64,000 nucleotides of DNA from Candidatus Spongiisociaceae bacterium (GTDB lineage: Bacteria > Actinomycetota > Acidimicrobiia > Spongiisociales > Spongiisociaceae), in assembly GCA_965202665.1 (NCBI GenBank), contig OZ241841.1, forward strand, positions 640,001 through 704,000, in the 5' to 3' direction. Under the pieces are notes generated by a model that ran no database searches, was not told the DNA's origin, and saw nothing but the letters and a program-made list of their open reading frames with translations. Numbering within the stretch: the stretch's first letter is position 1; every line of letters begins with the position of its first letter. Positions 18,954 through 28,661 of the stretch are shown here, in pieces. Position numbers and translations under genes: made by a program.

Positions 18954-19133
18954 TCTGATATTCTCCTATCCCGTAGTAGCCAAATAATCGATCTGGCATT
19001 CACCTAGCAATGACACTATCATCACCTTGACCATGGGGGAGAAATGATCATCCAAAAGAGATACGGGGGCGGTGGGAGGGTTGGGTCGCCTATAGTTCGG
19101 GGCGCATTGCCGGGCTTTAGAGAGGAGCCGAGA

Positions 19134-21362
19134 ATGGAAATCGTGGGATATGCGGACCGGTTGCGGGCCCAGCCCGGGGAAACTATCGGGTTTAAGGTCA
19201 GTTGCCGGTCGGACGAGTTTTCCACGCAGCTGGTGCGGCTCATCCACACCGACCGCAACCCGGACGGCCCCGGGGTCAAGCAGGAACTGCTGGACTCGGC
19301 GGCCAACGGCTCCTATCCGGGCCGGGTGCAGGAAATTCACGTCGGGTCCTACGTCGAGGTCCCCCACCATCCCGCCCTCAACCTGGAAAACGGGTTCACC
19401 CTCCTGGCCTGGATTTACCCCACCACCCCCGGCCGGGGGACGCAGGCCGTCTTGGCCAAATGGCATCAAGCCGACTCCGCCGGATACGGCCTGGTGCTGG
19501 ACGAAGAAGGCAGCCTGGGATTGTGGATCGGAGACGGGAGGGACAACCAGGAGGAGATTTCCACCGGGGAGCCCATGCACGCCCGCACCTGGTATTTCGC
19601 GGTCGCCACCTACGATCCGGAGACGGAAACGGTCGCCTTGCGCCAAACCCCGGCCGTGGAATGGCCGCAGGAACACGACGCCATTGCGATGAGCGATCAC
19701 GCCTACCTGCGCCCGGCGGTCAACGAATCCCCCCTGCTGATCGGGGCCTGCCTGGAAAACAAGGCGGCCCGCCATTTCAACGGCAAAATAGACAACCCGA
19801 AAATCTACAACCGGGTTCTGTCCCCCGAAGAAATCGGCCTTCTGTTCGCAGACGGGGCCGTCGCCGACGGGTTGGCGGCCTCCTGGGATTTCGGGCGGGA
19901 ATTCCACACCTCCCAAGTAACCGATGTTTCCCCCAACCAACTGCACGGAACGGCGGTCAACCTGCCCACCCGGGCCGTGACCGGACACAACTGGCGCGGG
20001 CGGGAAATCAACTTCGGGCGGGCCCCCGAAGAATACGCCGCCATCCACTTTCACGACGACGACCTGGAAGACGCCGAATGGGAAACGGACTTCCAATTCG
20101 CGCCGCCGGAGGAACTGCCCAGCGGTACCTACGCCTTCCGGTTGCGGGCCGGAACCGCCGAAGACCACATCCCGTTCTTCGTGCGGCCCCGCACCGGCCA
20201 GCCCGGGGCCCGGATCGCCCTGCTGATGGGCACCTACACTTTCCTGGCCTACGGAAACGAACATTTGGCCGCCAACCCGGTGTTGCAGGAATACCTGGAA
20301 GCCGCCGGGCGGGAAGTGGAATTCCCCAAGCACCCCGATGAGCATTACCTGATGGACAACAAACTGGGGGGCCTCTACGATCTGCATTCGGACGGAACCG
20401 GCATCTGCTACGTATCCTCCCGCCAACCTATCCTCAACTTCCGGCCCGGCAACCTGCAACGCACCCTCGGCCAAGACGGGGGCCCGGTGCTCCTCAACGC
20501 CAACCTGCACCAAGCGGACTGGTTGGAAACGATGGGCTACGAGTTCGACGTCATCACCGACGAAGACCTGCATGAGGAAGGAACCGACCTGCTCAAACCC
20601 TATCGGGCGGTGATGTCCGACGCCCACCCCGAATATTGGACGGAGGCGATGCTGGACGGGCTGGAAGGATATCTGACCGGCGGGGGCCGGTTCATGTACA
20701 TGGGGGGCAACGGCCTGTACTGGGTTACTTCAGTGGACCCGCAACGTCCGCACATCATAGAAGTGCGGCGGTGGAAAGGGACCGGTTCCTGGGAGGCGGC
20801 CCCCGGCGAATCCTTCCACAGCTCCACCGGGGAACCGGGCGGCCTGTGGCGCAACCGGGGCCGGGCCCCCAACCGGCTGGTGGGGATCGGGATGACCGCC
20901 CAAGGCGGAAACGGGGTCAACTCGGCCTACCGCCGCACCCCGGACAGCCGCCACCCGCGGGCCGCCTTCATCTTCGAAGGGGTTGAAGACGAGCTGATCG
21001 GCGACTTCCCCACTTTGGGCCTGGGATGGGGGGCGGCGGGTTACGAAATAGACCGGATGGACTTCGAAATCGGAACCCCCCGCCACGCCCTGACGGTGGC
21101 CTCCGCCGCCGACTTCGACGACTCCTTCCATCACGTGGTGGAAGAAGTAATGCATATGAACTCCGACCAGACCGGGACCACCAACCCGCTGGTGCGGGCC
21201 GACATGGTCTATTTCGAATACCCCAACGAGGGGGCGGTTTTTTCCACCGGATCCATCGCCTGGAGCGCCTGCCTGTCCTACAACAACTACCAAAACAACG
21301 TGTCCAAAATCACCGACAACGTGTTGCGCCGGTTCGCCGCCGACGGGCCCCTGCCCCGGTAA
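19134..21362 (+). CDS. N,N-dimethylformamidase large-subunit family protein (LamG-like N-domain)
   Basis: IVGYADR, HFNGKIDNP, AIHFHDDD, LAYGNEH, LYDLHSDG, HPEYWT, YMGGNGLYW, IEVRR, GYEID, GAVFSTGSI; GAGGAG SD. Confidence 0.9.
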   Translation: MEIVGYADRLRAQPGETIGFKVSCRSDEFSTQLVRLIHTDRNPDGPGVKQELLDSAANGSYPGRVQEIHVGSYVEVPHHPALNLENGFTLLAWIYPTTPGRGTQAVLAKWHQADSAGYGLVLDEEGSLGLWIGDGRDNQEEISTGEPMHARTWYFAVATYDPETETVALRQTPAVEWPQEHDAIAMSDHAYLRPAVNESPLLIGACLENKAARHFNGKIDNPKIYNRVLSPEEIGLLFADGAVADGLAASWDFGREFHTSQVTDVSPNQLHGTAVNLPTRAVTGHNWRGREINFGRAPEEYAAIHFHDDDLEDAEWETDFQFAPPEELPSGTYAFRLRAGTAEDHIPFFVRPRTGQPGARIALLMGTYTFLAYGNEHLAANPVLQEYLEAAGREVEFPKHPDEHYLMDNKLGGLYDLHSDGTGICYVSSRQPILNFRPGNLQRTLGQDGGPVLLNANLHQADWLETMGYEFDVITDEDLHEEGTDLLKPYRAVMSDAHPEYWTEAMLDGLEGYLTGGGRFMYMGGNGLYWVTSVDPQRPHIIEVRRWKGTGSWEAAPGESFHSSTGEPGGLWRNRGRAPNRLVGIGMTAQGGNGVNSAYRRTPDSRHPRAAFIFEGVEDELIGDFPTLGLGWGAAGYEIDRMDFEIGTPRHALTVASAADFDDSFHHVVEEVMHMNSDQTGTTNPLVRADMVYFEYPNEGAVFSTGSIAWSACLSYNNYQNNVSKITDNVLRRFAADGPLPR

Positions 21363-21399
21363 CCGCCGGGAAGCGGGCGGGAGACGGGAAGAAACCGGG

Positions 21400-22188
21400 A
21401 TGCCGTTGCGGGTGGGAATCATCGGATACGGGACGATCGGCTCCTACATTCACCGGCGGATCGAAGCCCGGCCGGAACTGGGCCTGGAAACGGCTTTCGT
21501 CTACAACCGCTCCCCGCAAAGGCTGGGGGAGTTGCCCGAACATCTGGCGCTGCCGGAATTGGCGGACTTCCGGGAGCGGGAACCGGACCTGGTGGTGGAA
21601 GCGGCCCATCCGGACATCACCCGGGAGCACGGCCCCGCTTTCCTGGATCGCGCCGACTACATGCCCCTGTCCCTCACCGCCTTGGCGGACGACCGCCTCC
21701 GGGAGCGGATGCTGGCCGTCGCCCATCGCCGCCGCACCCGCCTGTTCGTCCCGCATGGGGCGGTTCCGGGACTGGAAACCATTTGGGAGGGACGCGCCCA
21801 ATGGGAGGAAGTGTCGATGGAGATGCGCAAAGGCCCCGGCAACCTGGACTGGAGCCGCCATCCCGCAACCGCGGACGACGTCAAAAAGGAAACCGTCCTC
21901 TACGACGGCCCCGCCGCCGGGGTCTGCGGCCTGTTCCCCCGCAACGTCAACTCGCATGCCGCCTTGGCTTTGGCTGGAATCGGTTTCGACCGCACCCGCT
22001 CCACGCTCATCGCCGTCCCCGGCCTGACCGCTTCCGTCATCGAAATATCCGCCCGCGGCCCGGAAGGGGAGATTTTCATCAAACGTTCCACGCCGATGAC
22101 CGGAGTCAGCGGCGCCCTCACCCCCCTTTCCGCTTTGGGCTCCATCCGCCGGGCCGCCCCGACCGAACCCGGGATGCAAATCTGCTAA
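21400..22188 (+). CDS. L-aspartate dehydrogenase-like protein (NadX/DUF108)
   Basis: GIIGYGTIG Rossmann motif, VVEAAHP, FPRNVNSHAALALAGIG. Confidence 0.82.
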   Translation: MPLRVGIIGYGTIGSYIHRRIEARPELGLETAFVYNRSPQRLGELPEHLALPELADFREREPDLVVEAAHPDITREHGPAFLDRADYMPLSLTALADDRLRERMLAVAHRRRTRLFVPHGAVPGLETIWEGRAQWEEVSMEMRKGPGNLDWSRHPATADDVKKETVLYDGPAAGVCGLFPRNVNSHAALALAGIGFDRTRSTLIAVPGLTASVIEISARGPEGEIFIKRSTPMTGVSGALTPLSALGSIRRAAPTEPGMQIC

Positions 22189-22233
22189 CTGTTTGGAACA
22201 GACGGCGGAGCGGCCGGCAAAAGAGGGGGCTGG

Positions 22234-23058
22234 CTACTCCCGCCACCCCACGCAACCGGGGAAAACGGCGCCCCGGGCGGGAATGAAATCGTGGGTGAAA
22301 AACTCGCTGCGCTGGTCGGTGAAGGTGCAACGGCCGCTGAAATAGATGGCCACGTGCCCGCGGCGGGGCTTGTCCGACGCGTTCGGACCGCTGAAATGAA
22401 TGATCTCCCCATGGTGGATGCAACAGTCCCCCGCCTCCAGTTCCACCGGAACGGCGTCCAGCGACTCCGGTTTCAGCCCTTCCACCGCCCCTCCGAACAG
22501 GGCGTCTTTTTGGAAGTCCCGTTCGTGTTCCAAAACGGCGCGGTGGCTGCCCGGAACGAAATGGGTGCATCCCCGTTCCAAAGTGGAGTCGTCCAGCGCC
22601 AGCCAAATCGACAGTTTGCCTTTGCCGGACCAGAAAGGCTCCCAGTAGGCGTTGTCCTGATGGGGCGGGGCCGGGCTGCCCCCGGGCGGTTTGAGGAAAG
22701 TCTGATCGGTGTAGAACACCACGTCCGGCCCCAGCAAATCCTCCACCACGTCCAAAGTTTTGGGCCGCAAAGTGAACACCCGGCGCAGTTCCGGGCTGGC
22801 GTGGGCGGCGTGGATGAGGGCCCGGAAAGTCTGGGAGGCGGGCAGGTCTTCGCGGTCGGCTAAAGCCGGATCCACATCGATGTGAATCCTCTCATCGGGG
22901 GGGTTCTGCTCCGCCAACCGGGAAATGATGGTTTGGATTTCGGCCAGTTCCCGGGCGTCCGCGAAGTTGCGGAGAATCAGAAATCCGTCCCGTTCCCAAG
23001 AGCCGATCTGCTGGGGGGTGAGGGCTTTCATTTCGGCGGGCGCCTTTCCGCAGTTCAT
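22234..23058 (-). CDS. Phytanoyl-CoA dioxygenase (PhyH) family Fe(II)/2OG enzyme
   Basis: WERDGFL, FLKPP, HQD, WLALDD, GCTHFVPGSH, H.SGPN.S..PRR. Confidence 0.9.
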   Translation of the reverse strand: MNCGKAPAEMKALTPQQIGSWERDGFLILRNFADARELAEIQTIISRLAEQNPPDERIHIDVDPALADREDLPASQTFRALIHAAHASPELRRVFTLRPKTLDVVEDLLGPDVVFYTDQTFLKPPGGSPAPPHQDNAYWEPFWSGKGKLSIWLALDDSTLERGCTHFVPGSHRAVLEHERDFQKDALFGGAVEGLKPESLDAVPVELEAGDCCIHHGEIIHFSGPNASDKPRRGHVAIYFSGRCTFTDQRSEFFTHDFIPARGAVFPGCVGWRE

Positions 23059-23096
23059 CCTATGATTGCGGTCAGTCTAACAACCGAGGAGCCCGG

Positions 23097-23888
23097 ATGA
23101 CCCCGCGGGAAATGTTGGAAATCTCCGACCGCAGCCTGGCCGAGTTTTACCGGATGACCACCCGCAACGCCGGGGGCGAGATTTACGAATGGAACGGCTT
23201 GCTGCTGTACGCCGCCCGGCCGGCCTCCGCTTCCCCGACCGTCAACGGTGCCTTGCGCCTCAACCCGTCCCTGCCGCCCCGGGAGGCCCTCCACCGCGCC
23301 GGAATTTTCTTCGGGCAACGGCGGCATGGATACACGTTGACGGTGCGGGCGGGCGACCGCCAAATGGAAAACGAGGCCATCCGGGCCGGCCTGGCCCTGA
23401 GCCGGGACGAACCGATCTTGGCTTTGACCGAACGCCCCGGCCCGGCCCCTGCGCCGGACGGCCTCGCCGTCCAACAGGTGACGGACCCCGCCTCCCTGCT
23501 GGATTTCCGGGCGACGGCCGTGGCCGGTTTGGCCGACGACCACCCGGATCGGGAGGCGGTGAAAGCGATTTTTCCCCGCCCGGACTGCTTGGCCGGCCCG
23601 GACCGGGCGGGGCTGGTGGGATACGTCGGGGGGAGGGCCGCGGCTTGCGCGATGACGACGGTCAACTACGGGGCGGCCCTGATCCGCTGGGTTTCCACCC
23701 TCCCCGCCTACCGCCGCCAAGGCTTCGGTTCCGCCTTGGCCCTGGCCGCCGTGCGCACCGGTTTCGACCGGGGGGCGCGCCTGGCGATGCTGGAATCCCC
23801 CTCCACCGGCCTGACCTTGTTCCGCCGGATGGGATTCGCCGAAATCGGCCGCTACCGGGAATACGCCGGCCCCGCACCCCCGACCTGA
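23097..23888 (+). CDS. GNAT-family N-acetyltransferase
   Basis: VSTLPAYRRQGFGSAL acetyl-CoA motif and LFRRMGF; GAGGAG SD. Confidence 0.85.
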   Translation: MTPREMLEISDRSLAEFYRMTTRNAGGEIYEWNGLLLYAARPASASPTVNGALRLNPSLPPREALHRAGIFFGQRRHGYTLTVRAGDRQMENEAIRAGLALSRDEPILALTERPGPAPAPDGLAVQQVTDPASLLDFRATAVAGLADDHPDREAVKAIFPRPDCLAGPDRAGLVGYVGGRAAACAMTTVNYGAALIRWVSTLPAYRRQGFGSALALAAVRTGFDRGARLAMLESPSTGLTLFRRMGFAEIGRYREYAGPAPPT

Positions 23889-23918
23889 CCGCCGCCCCCG
23901 CCCTCCTAGATGAGGTTC

Positions 23919-24722
23919 TTACTGGAATTCGGCCGCCGCCTCGGGGGTTAGGTATTCCCGGTAGGCGCGGGTTATCCATTGGTGGCCGACGTCCATGAAC
24001 TCCGCCGCCGCCGCCTGCGAATCAACCGCCGCCCGGGCGAACAGGGTGAGCACCACCACGTGCCCTTCCCCGGAGGAGGCGGTCTCCGCCCGGGCGTAGA
24101 GCCGACCCCGCCGTCCGCCGTCCTCCCCGGGGATGACGTACTGGCTTATGATGCGCATCGCCTCCGCGTCGGCGGCCAACCCTTCCGGCCGGGGGGCGAA
24201 AATCCGCAGGACCCGGCCCAACTCGCCGGGTGTTTTCCACGCCCCGCCCGCCGGGAGGTGACTCACGTAGGAGACTTCGCATTGCAGGGGCGACAACTCC
24301 CCCAGCCCGTTTTCCTCCGCGTACCGGGCGAACAGGCCCAGGTCGCGCAGGAAACCGTCCCGCAGGGCCTCGTATCCGGGGTAGTCGGGAGGGTCGGAGC
24401 CGGTCACGCCGCGTCCGGCGATCCGCCAGTTGCGGGCGAACCAGTTGCGTTGCGCCTGCACCAGTTCGTGGCCGCCGGGACTCAGAAACCAACGGCGGAT
24501 GTTGGTGAGGGCCGAGGCGGAGGGAACCGCCGCCAGCCCCCCGTCCCCGGTTTCGATCATCGGGGAAAAAGGGCCCATTTCCTCTTGGCGGGGATAACGG
24601 TCTTTGAACTTTTCGTCCCGCAACCCGTCTAGTTGGTCCCGCAACAGGCCGTGCATTTCTTGGAAGCCGAGGCTGAGGGCCGCTTCGGTCAAAGGCGGGC
24701 TGGGCAGGCTGGGGGATGACAT
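23919..24722 (-). CDS. TIGR04255-family protein
   Basis: PPLTEAALSLGF, RWFLSPGGHELVQAQ, NWR, YPGY, CEVSYVSH resemble this family; GAGGTGG SD before ATG 24722. Confidence 0.72.
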   Translation of the reverse strand: MSSPSLPSPPLTEAALSLGFQEMHGLLRDQLDGLRDEKFKDRYPRQEEMGPFSPMIETGDGGLAAVPSASALTNIRRWFLSPGGHELVQAQRNWFARNWRIAGRGVTGSDPPDYPGYEALRDGFLRDLGLFARYAEENGLGELSPLQCEVSYVSHLPAGGAWKTPGELGRVLRIFAPRPEGLAADAEAMRIISQYVIPGEDGGRRGRLYARAETASSGEGHVVVLTLFARAAVDSQAAAAEFMDVGHQWITRAYREYLTPEAAAEFQ

Positions 24723-24866
24723 GTTTTTTCCACCTCGCTGGTTCCCCGCCAGGATACCAAACCGCCCCCGCCGGCGGGGGGTAGGCTTGGCGAACCCTAA
24801 GGAGCGGAGCCCATCGACCACGCCCAGCCAACCGTCCACCCCCCCGAGGCGAGAACCGTCCGCAAC

Positions 24867-26816
24867 GTGCGCATCCCGATGAGGGACGGGACGGAGTTGG
24901 CCTGCGACCTGTTCCTGCCGGAAAGCGATGAGCCGGCCCCGGTCATCCTCAAGTACTACCCGTACCGCAAAGACGACCTGTTGCGCGGCCTGATCGTCCC
25001 CCGGGCCCGATATTTCTGCGCCCGGGGGTACGTGACGGCGGTGCTGGACATCCGGGGCACCGGGTCGTCCGGCGGAACCAGCCCCCGCATGTTGCGCGGC
25101 CAGGAATGGGAGGACGGCTACGACGCGGTGGAATGGATCGCCGCCCAGCCGTGGTGCGACGGGGCGGTGGGAATGACCGGGGTTTCCTACGGCGGATACT
25201 CCTCCCTGCTCACCGCCGCCCGGAATCCGCCCCATCTGAAAGCCATCGCCCCCATCTACGCAGGGTGGGACCTGTACGAAAACAGCCATCCGGGGGGCAT
25301 GTGGCAAACCTCTATCTGGTCGGGCCTTTACAACGCCATGATGACCGCGCTGGGGGCCGCCCCGCCCGCCCCCGACCCGGAGGGCCGATGGATGGAAATC
25401 TGGGAGGAGCATCTGGAGGGCCTGCAACCGTGGCTCCATCAGTGGATGAGCGATCAAGACGACGGGCCCCGCTGGCGGGAAGGGTCGGTGCGCTACGGGG
25501 CGGAGGGCATAACCGCCCCCTCGTTCATCATCGGCGGCTGGCACGACATCTTCGTCGCCGACCCGTTCGCCGTCTACAACGCCCTGCCCCCGCAGACGCC
25601 GAAGAAACTGGTGATGGGCCCCTACCTGCACGTGGCCCCCAACATGGGCGCCCCCGGACCCCCCTTCGACCATCTGCATGAGATCGTCCGCTGGTTCGAC
25701 CGTTACCTGAAAGGGGAGGACACCGGGATCGATGCGGAGCCGCCGGTGGCCGTCTGGGTGCGGGAATACGACCCGCCCGCCGCCCGCCGGGAGGGGGCGG
25801 CCGGCGGATGGCGCAGTGAAAAAGAGTGGCCTCCGCAACGGGCCGTCGTCCAAACCCGGTTTCTGGGAGGGGGCGGCCGCCTGGCCGACTCCCCCCCGGC
25901 CGCCCCCGAACGGGCCGCCTTCGACTACGACCCGACGGCGGGGGTTTCCAGCATGGGCCTGCTGACCGGGTTCGGCCAGGACGCGGGACTGCCTTTGGAT
26001 CAGCGGCGGGAGGCGGGAAAGTCGCTGGTGTGGATGAGCGAGCCGTTGGCGGAGGAGACGGAAGCCGCCGGAACCCCGCGCCTCGTCCTGTGGGCGTCTT
26101 CCACCGCCCGGGTGTGGACGATAGCGGTGAAACTGATAGACATCCCCCCGCAGGGGCCTTGGGCGCTGGTCTCGCGGGCGGTCCGCAACGCCGCCCGCCC
26201 CGAACCGCCCCCGCCCGGCGAAGCGGCGGAGTTGGCCGTCGATTTGGAGCCGGTCCACTACCTATTCGGCGCAGGGCATCGGCTGGGGGTGATGGTCGCC
26301 GGCTCCGACTTCCCCCTGGCGTGGCCGGCGCCCGAGACGGCCCGCACCTCCGTCCACATGGGCCCCCACCGCCTTTCCCGCCTGGAAATTCCGACGGCGC
26401 CGGAGCGGGATTCGGGCCTGCCCGCCCCCGGCTTCCTCCCCGCCCCGCCCCTGCCGGAACCGCTGGGGACGGTGGAGCCGTTGCGCTGGGAGCTGATCGA
26501 GGACCTAATCGAAGACCGGGTAACGGTATCCGCCGGTTTCGGCGGAGACGCCCTTTTGGACAACGGGGCTTATATCGGTTCCCATGCCGAACTGGAGGTC
26601 AGCGTGCCCCGCGCCCGCCCGGCCGAGGCGCGGGTGGAAGCCGAATACCGGATGGAGGTGGACCATGGGGCGGGCCCCCGCGCTATACGCTCCGTCAGCC
26701 GGGTAACCGGCGACCGGGAGGCCTTCCACGCCCTCACCACGGTGGAGGTGAAAGCAGCCGACTCCGTCCAATACAACCTCGCTTGGAACTGGACAGTCCC
26801 CAGGGGGTTGCTGTGA
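24867..26816 (+). CDS. CocE/NonD-family serine hydrolase
   Basis: IPMRDG, PYRKDD, DIRGTGSSGG, GVSYGG nucleophile elbow, GGWHD, MGPYLH, C-terminal jelly-roll. Start probably ATC 24813. Confidence 0.92.
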   Translation: MRIPMRDGTELACDLFLPESDEPAPVILKYYPYRKDDLLRGLIVPRARYFCARGYVTAVLDIRGTGSSGGTSPRMLRGQEWEDGYDAVEWIAAQPWCDGAVGMTGVSYGGYSSLLTAARNPPHLKAIAPIYAGWDLYENSHPGGMWQTSIWSGLYNAMMTALGAAPPAPDPEGRWMEIWEEHLEGLQPWLHQWMSDQDDGPRWREGSVRYGAEGITAPSFIIGGWHDIFVADPFAVYNALPPQTPKKLVMGPYLHVAPNMGAPGPPFDHLHEIVRWFDRYLKGEDTGIDAEPPVAVWVREYDPPAARREGAAGGWRSEKEWPPQRAVVQTRFLGGGGRLADSPPAAPERAAFDYDPTAGVSSMGLLTGFGQDAGLPLDQRREAGKSLVWMSEPLAEETEAAGTPRLVLWASSTARVWTIAVKLIDIPPQGPWALVSRAVRNAARPEPPPPGEAAELAVDLEPVHYLFGAGHRLGVMVAGSDFPLAWPAPETARTSVHMGPHRLSRLEIPTAPERDSGLPAPGFLPAPPLPEPLGTVEPLRWELIEDLIEDRVTVSAGFGGDALLDNGAYIGSHAELEVSVPRARPAEARVEAEYRMEVDHGAGPRAIRSVSRVTGDREAFHALTTVEVKAADSVQYNLAWNWTVPRGLL

Positions 26817-27631
26817 GCGAAAAAGGGAAGCCCGCGGGTTTGAAGGGCGCGACGGCGGTGGTGACCGGGGCAGCCTCCGGCCAGGGGCGGGCGGTGGCCC
26901 GGCGCCTGGCCGGGGAAGGGGCCCAAGTGGCCGCCTTGGACATCGACCAGACGGGCTTGGACCAGTTGATGGGGGAAATAGAAGAGGCCGGGGGACGGGG
27001 ACTGGCCCTGCCCGCCGACGTGTCGGACCCGGAGGCGGTGTCCGCCGCTTTCGCCCGCTCCGCCTCCTGTTTGGGGCCTGCCTACGTTTTGGCGGCGGCG
27101 GCCGCCGTCTACCCGCCCCCCCGCTACTCCTTTCTGCGCCCCCTCCGGGAAACGGCCCGTATCTTGGAGGTCAATCTGCTGGCGTCCGCGCACTGCGCCG
27201 ACCAGGCGGCCCGCCAGATGGTGGAAGCGGGCCGGGGGGGGAGAATCATCCTCTGGTCGTCGATCGGGGCCCGGGAGGCCATCGACGGGCACGCCGCCTA
27301 CGGAGCCAGCAAAGCCGGAGTGGAGGGCCTGACCAGGGCGTTGGCGGCCGAGTTGGGCCGCTACGGGGTGACGGTGAACGCCATCGCCCCCGGGGCCATC
27401 GACACCCCGATGCTGGCCGACTCCCCGCCCGGCCTGGAATATTTCAACCTGGTGCCGGCGGGCCGCATCGGACGGCCGGAGGAGGTGGCCGGGCTGGTCA
27501 ACTACCTGTGCTCCGATGAAGCCGGTTTTATGACCGGGGCGGTGCTGCCTTTCGACGGGGGCCTGACCGCCGTCAACGCGGCCGTGCCCCCCGACCCGCC
27601 CCCGCCGGCCAAACCCGAAGAGGAGAAGTAG
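26813..27631 (+). CDS. Short-chain dehydrogenase/reductase
   Basis: TGAASGQG, YGASK, VNAIAPG, GRIGRPEEVA; GTGA overlap with the CocE gene. Confidence 0.92.
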   Translation: MSEKGKPAGLKGATAVVTGAASGQGRAVARRLAGEGAQVAALDIDQTGLDQLMGEIEEAGGRGLALPADVSDPEAVSAAFARSASCLGPAYVLAAAAAVYPPPRYSFLRPLRETARILEVNLLASAHCADQAARQMVEAGRGGRIILWSSIGAREAIDGHAAYGASKAGVEGLTRALAAELGRYGVTVNAIAPGAIDTPMLADSPPGLEYFNLVPAGRIGRPEEVAGLVNYLCSDEAGFMTGAVLPFDGGLTAVNAAVPPDPPPPAKPEEEK

Positions 27632-27640
27632 GAGAAGACC

Positions 27641-28660
27641 ATGAAACAGGCGGTAACCGTCAACGGGCTGATCCCCGCCGGCCGGATCGGGCGCACCCTG
27701 CCCCACGAGCACCTGTTCGCCACCATGACCTACGCCTTCCCGGCCCGGGACGAATACGCCTATCAGCCGATCGTCATGGAACGGCTGGGGGAAATACGCA
27801 CCGACCTGATGTCCAACGTCAACAACATCACTTTGGACGACAGTTGCGGGCAGGCGGCGGAACTGGACAAAGCGGCCCAACTGGGCATCGACACCTTGGT
27901 GGAACTCACTTTGGGGCATATCGGACGCAACCCTCCCCGGATGGCGGAGGTTTCCCGGCACACCGGAGTGAACGTGATCTGCGGCAGCGGCTGGTATCTC
28001 CGCCACCACCAGCGGGAATGGACCATCGCCGCCCCCCGCGAACAACTGGCGGAAATAATGGTCAAAGAGCTCACCGAAGGGATCGACGACACCGGCATCC
28101 GGGCCGGGGTGCTGGGCGAGATCGGCCTCAACGAACCGGCCCATCCCGACGAGTTGAAGGTGCTGGAAGCGGCGGTGCTGGCGCAACGGGAAACCGGGGC
28201 CCCGCTGTGGGTGCATCTGATGAACATCCCCATCGCCGGGGAGGCCCTGGCCGTGTTCGAAAAATACGAACCGATATGGGATCGGGTGGTGTTCTGCCAT
28301 ATGGACTTCGACATCCGCGACCTGACCTGGCACGAGCGGGCCCTGCAGCGGGGCATCACGGTGGAATTCGACTTTTTCGGCTCGGTGTGGTGGCCCATCG
28401 ACTGCTACATCCACTGCCCCACCGACCCGCAACGGCTGACCACCCTGGCCGACTGGTCGGAGCGGGGCTACGCGGACCGGCTGCTGATCAGCCACGACGT
28501 GTGCACCCGGCTGCAACTCACCTCCTACGGGGGCAACGGCTACGGGTACATCCCGCGGGTGGTGCCCCTGCTGATGGACCAACTGGGAATCGACCCCTCG
28601 TTGCTGGACCGGTGGATGATCGACAACCCGGCCCGTTTGCTGGCCTGGGCGGACAAGTAA
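27641..28660 (+). CDS. Phosphotriesterase-homology (Php-like) amidohydrolase
   Basis: TLPHEHL, GVLGEIG (Glu bridging ligand), WVHL, CHMD, ISHDVC, NPARLL. Confidence 0.9.
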   Translation: MKQAVTVNGLIPAGRIGRTLPHEHLFATMTYAFPARDEYAYQPIVMERLGEIRTDLMSNVNNITLDDSCGQAAELDKAAQLGIDTLVELTLGHIGRNPPRMAEVSRHTGVNVICGSGWYLRHHQREWTIAAPREQLAEIMVKELTEGIDDTGIRAGVLGEIGLNEPAHPDELKVLEAAVLAQRETGAPLWVHLMNIPIAGEALAVFEKYEPIWDRVVFCHMDFDIRDLTWHERALQRGITVEFDFFGSVWWPIDCYIHCPTDPQRLTTLADWSERGYADRLLISHDVCTRLQLTSYGGNGYGYIPRVVPLLMDQLGIDPSLLDRWMIDNPARLLAWADK

Positions 28661-28661
28661 C

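Noticed and set aside
23919-26258. 779-aa ORF as one gene
   Set aside because: Only 23919-24722 has family motifs and an SD; the rest is antisense to the CocE gene. The same over-extension affects the track ORFs for sucD, guaA, the SDR, the first GS-like ligase, the amidohydrolase and both hydantoinases.
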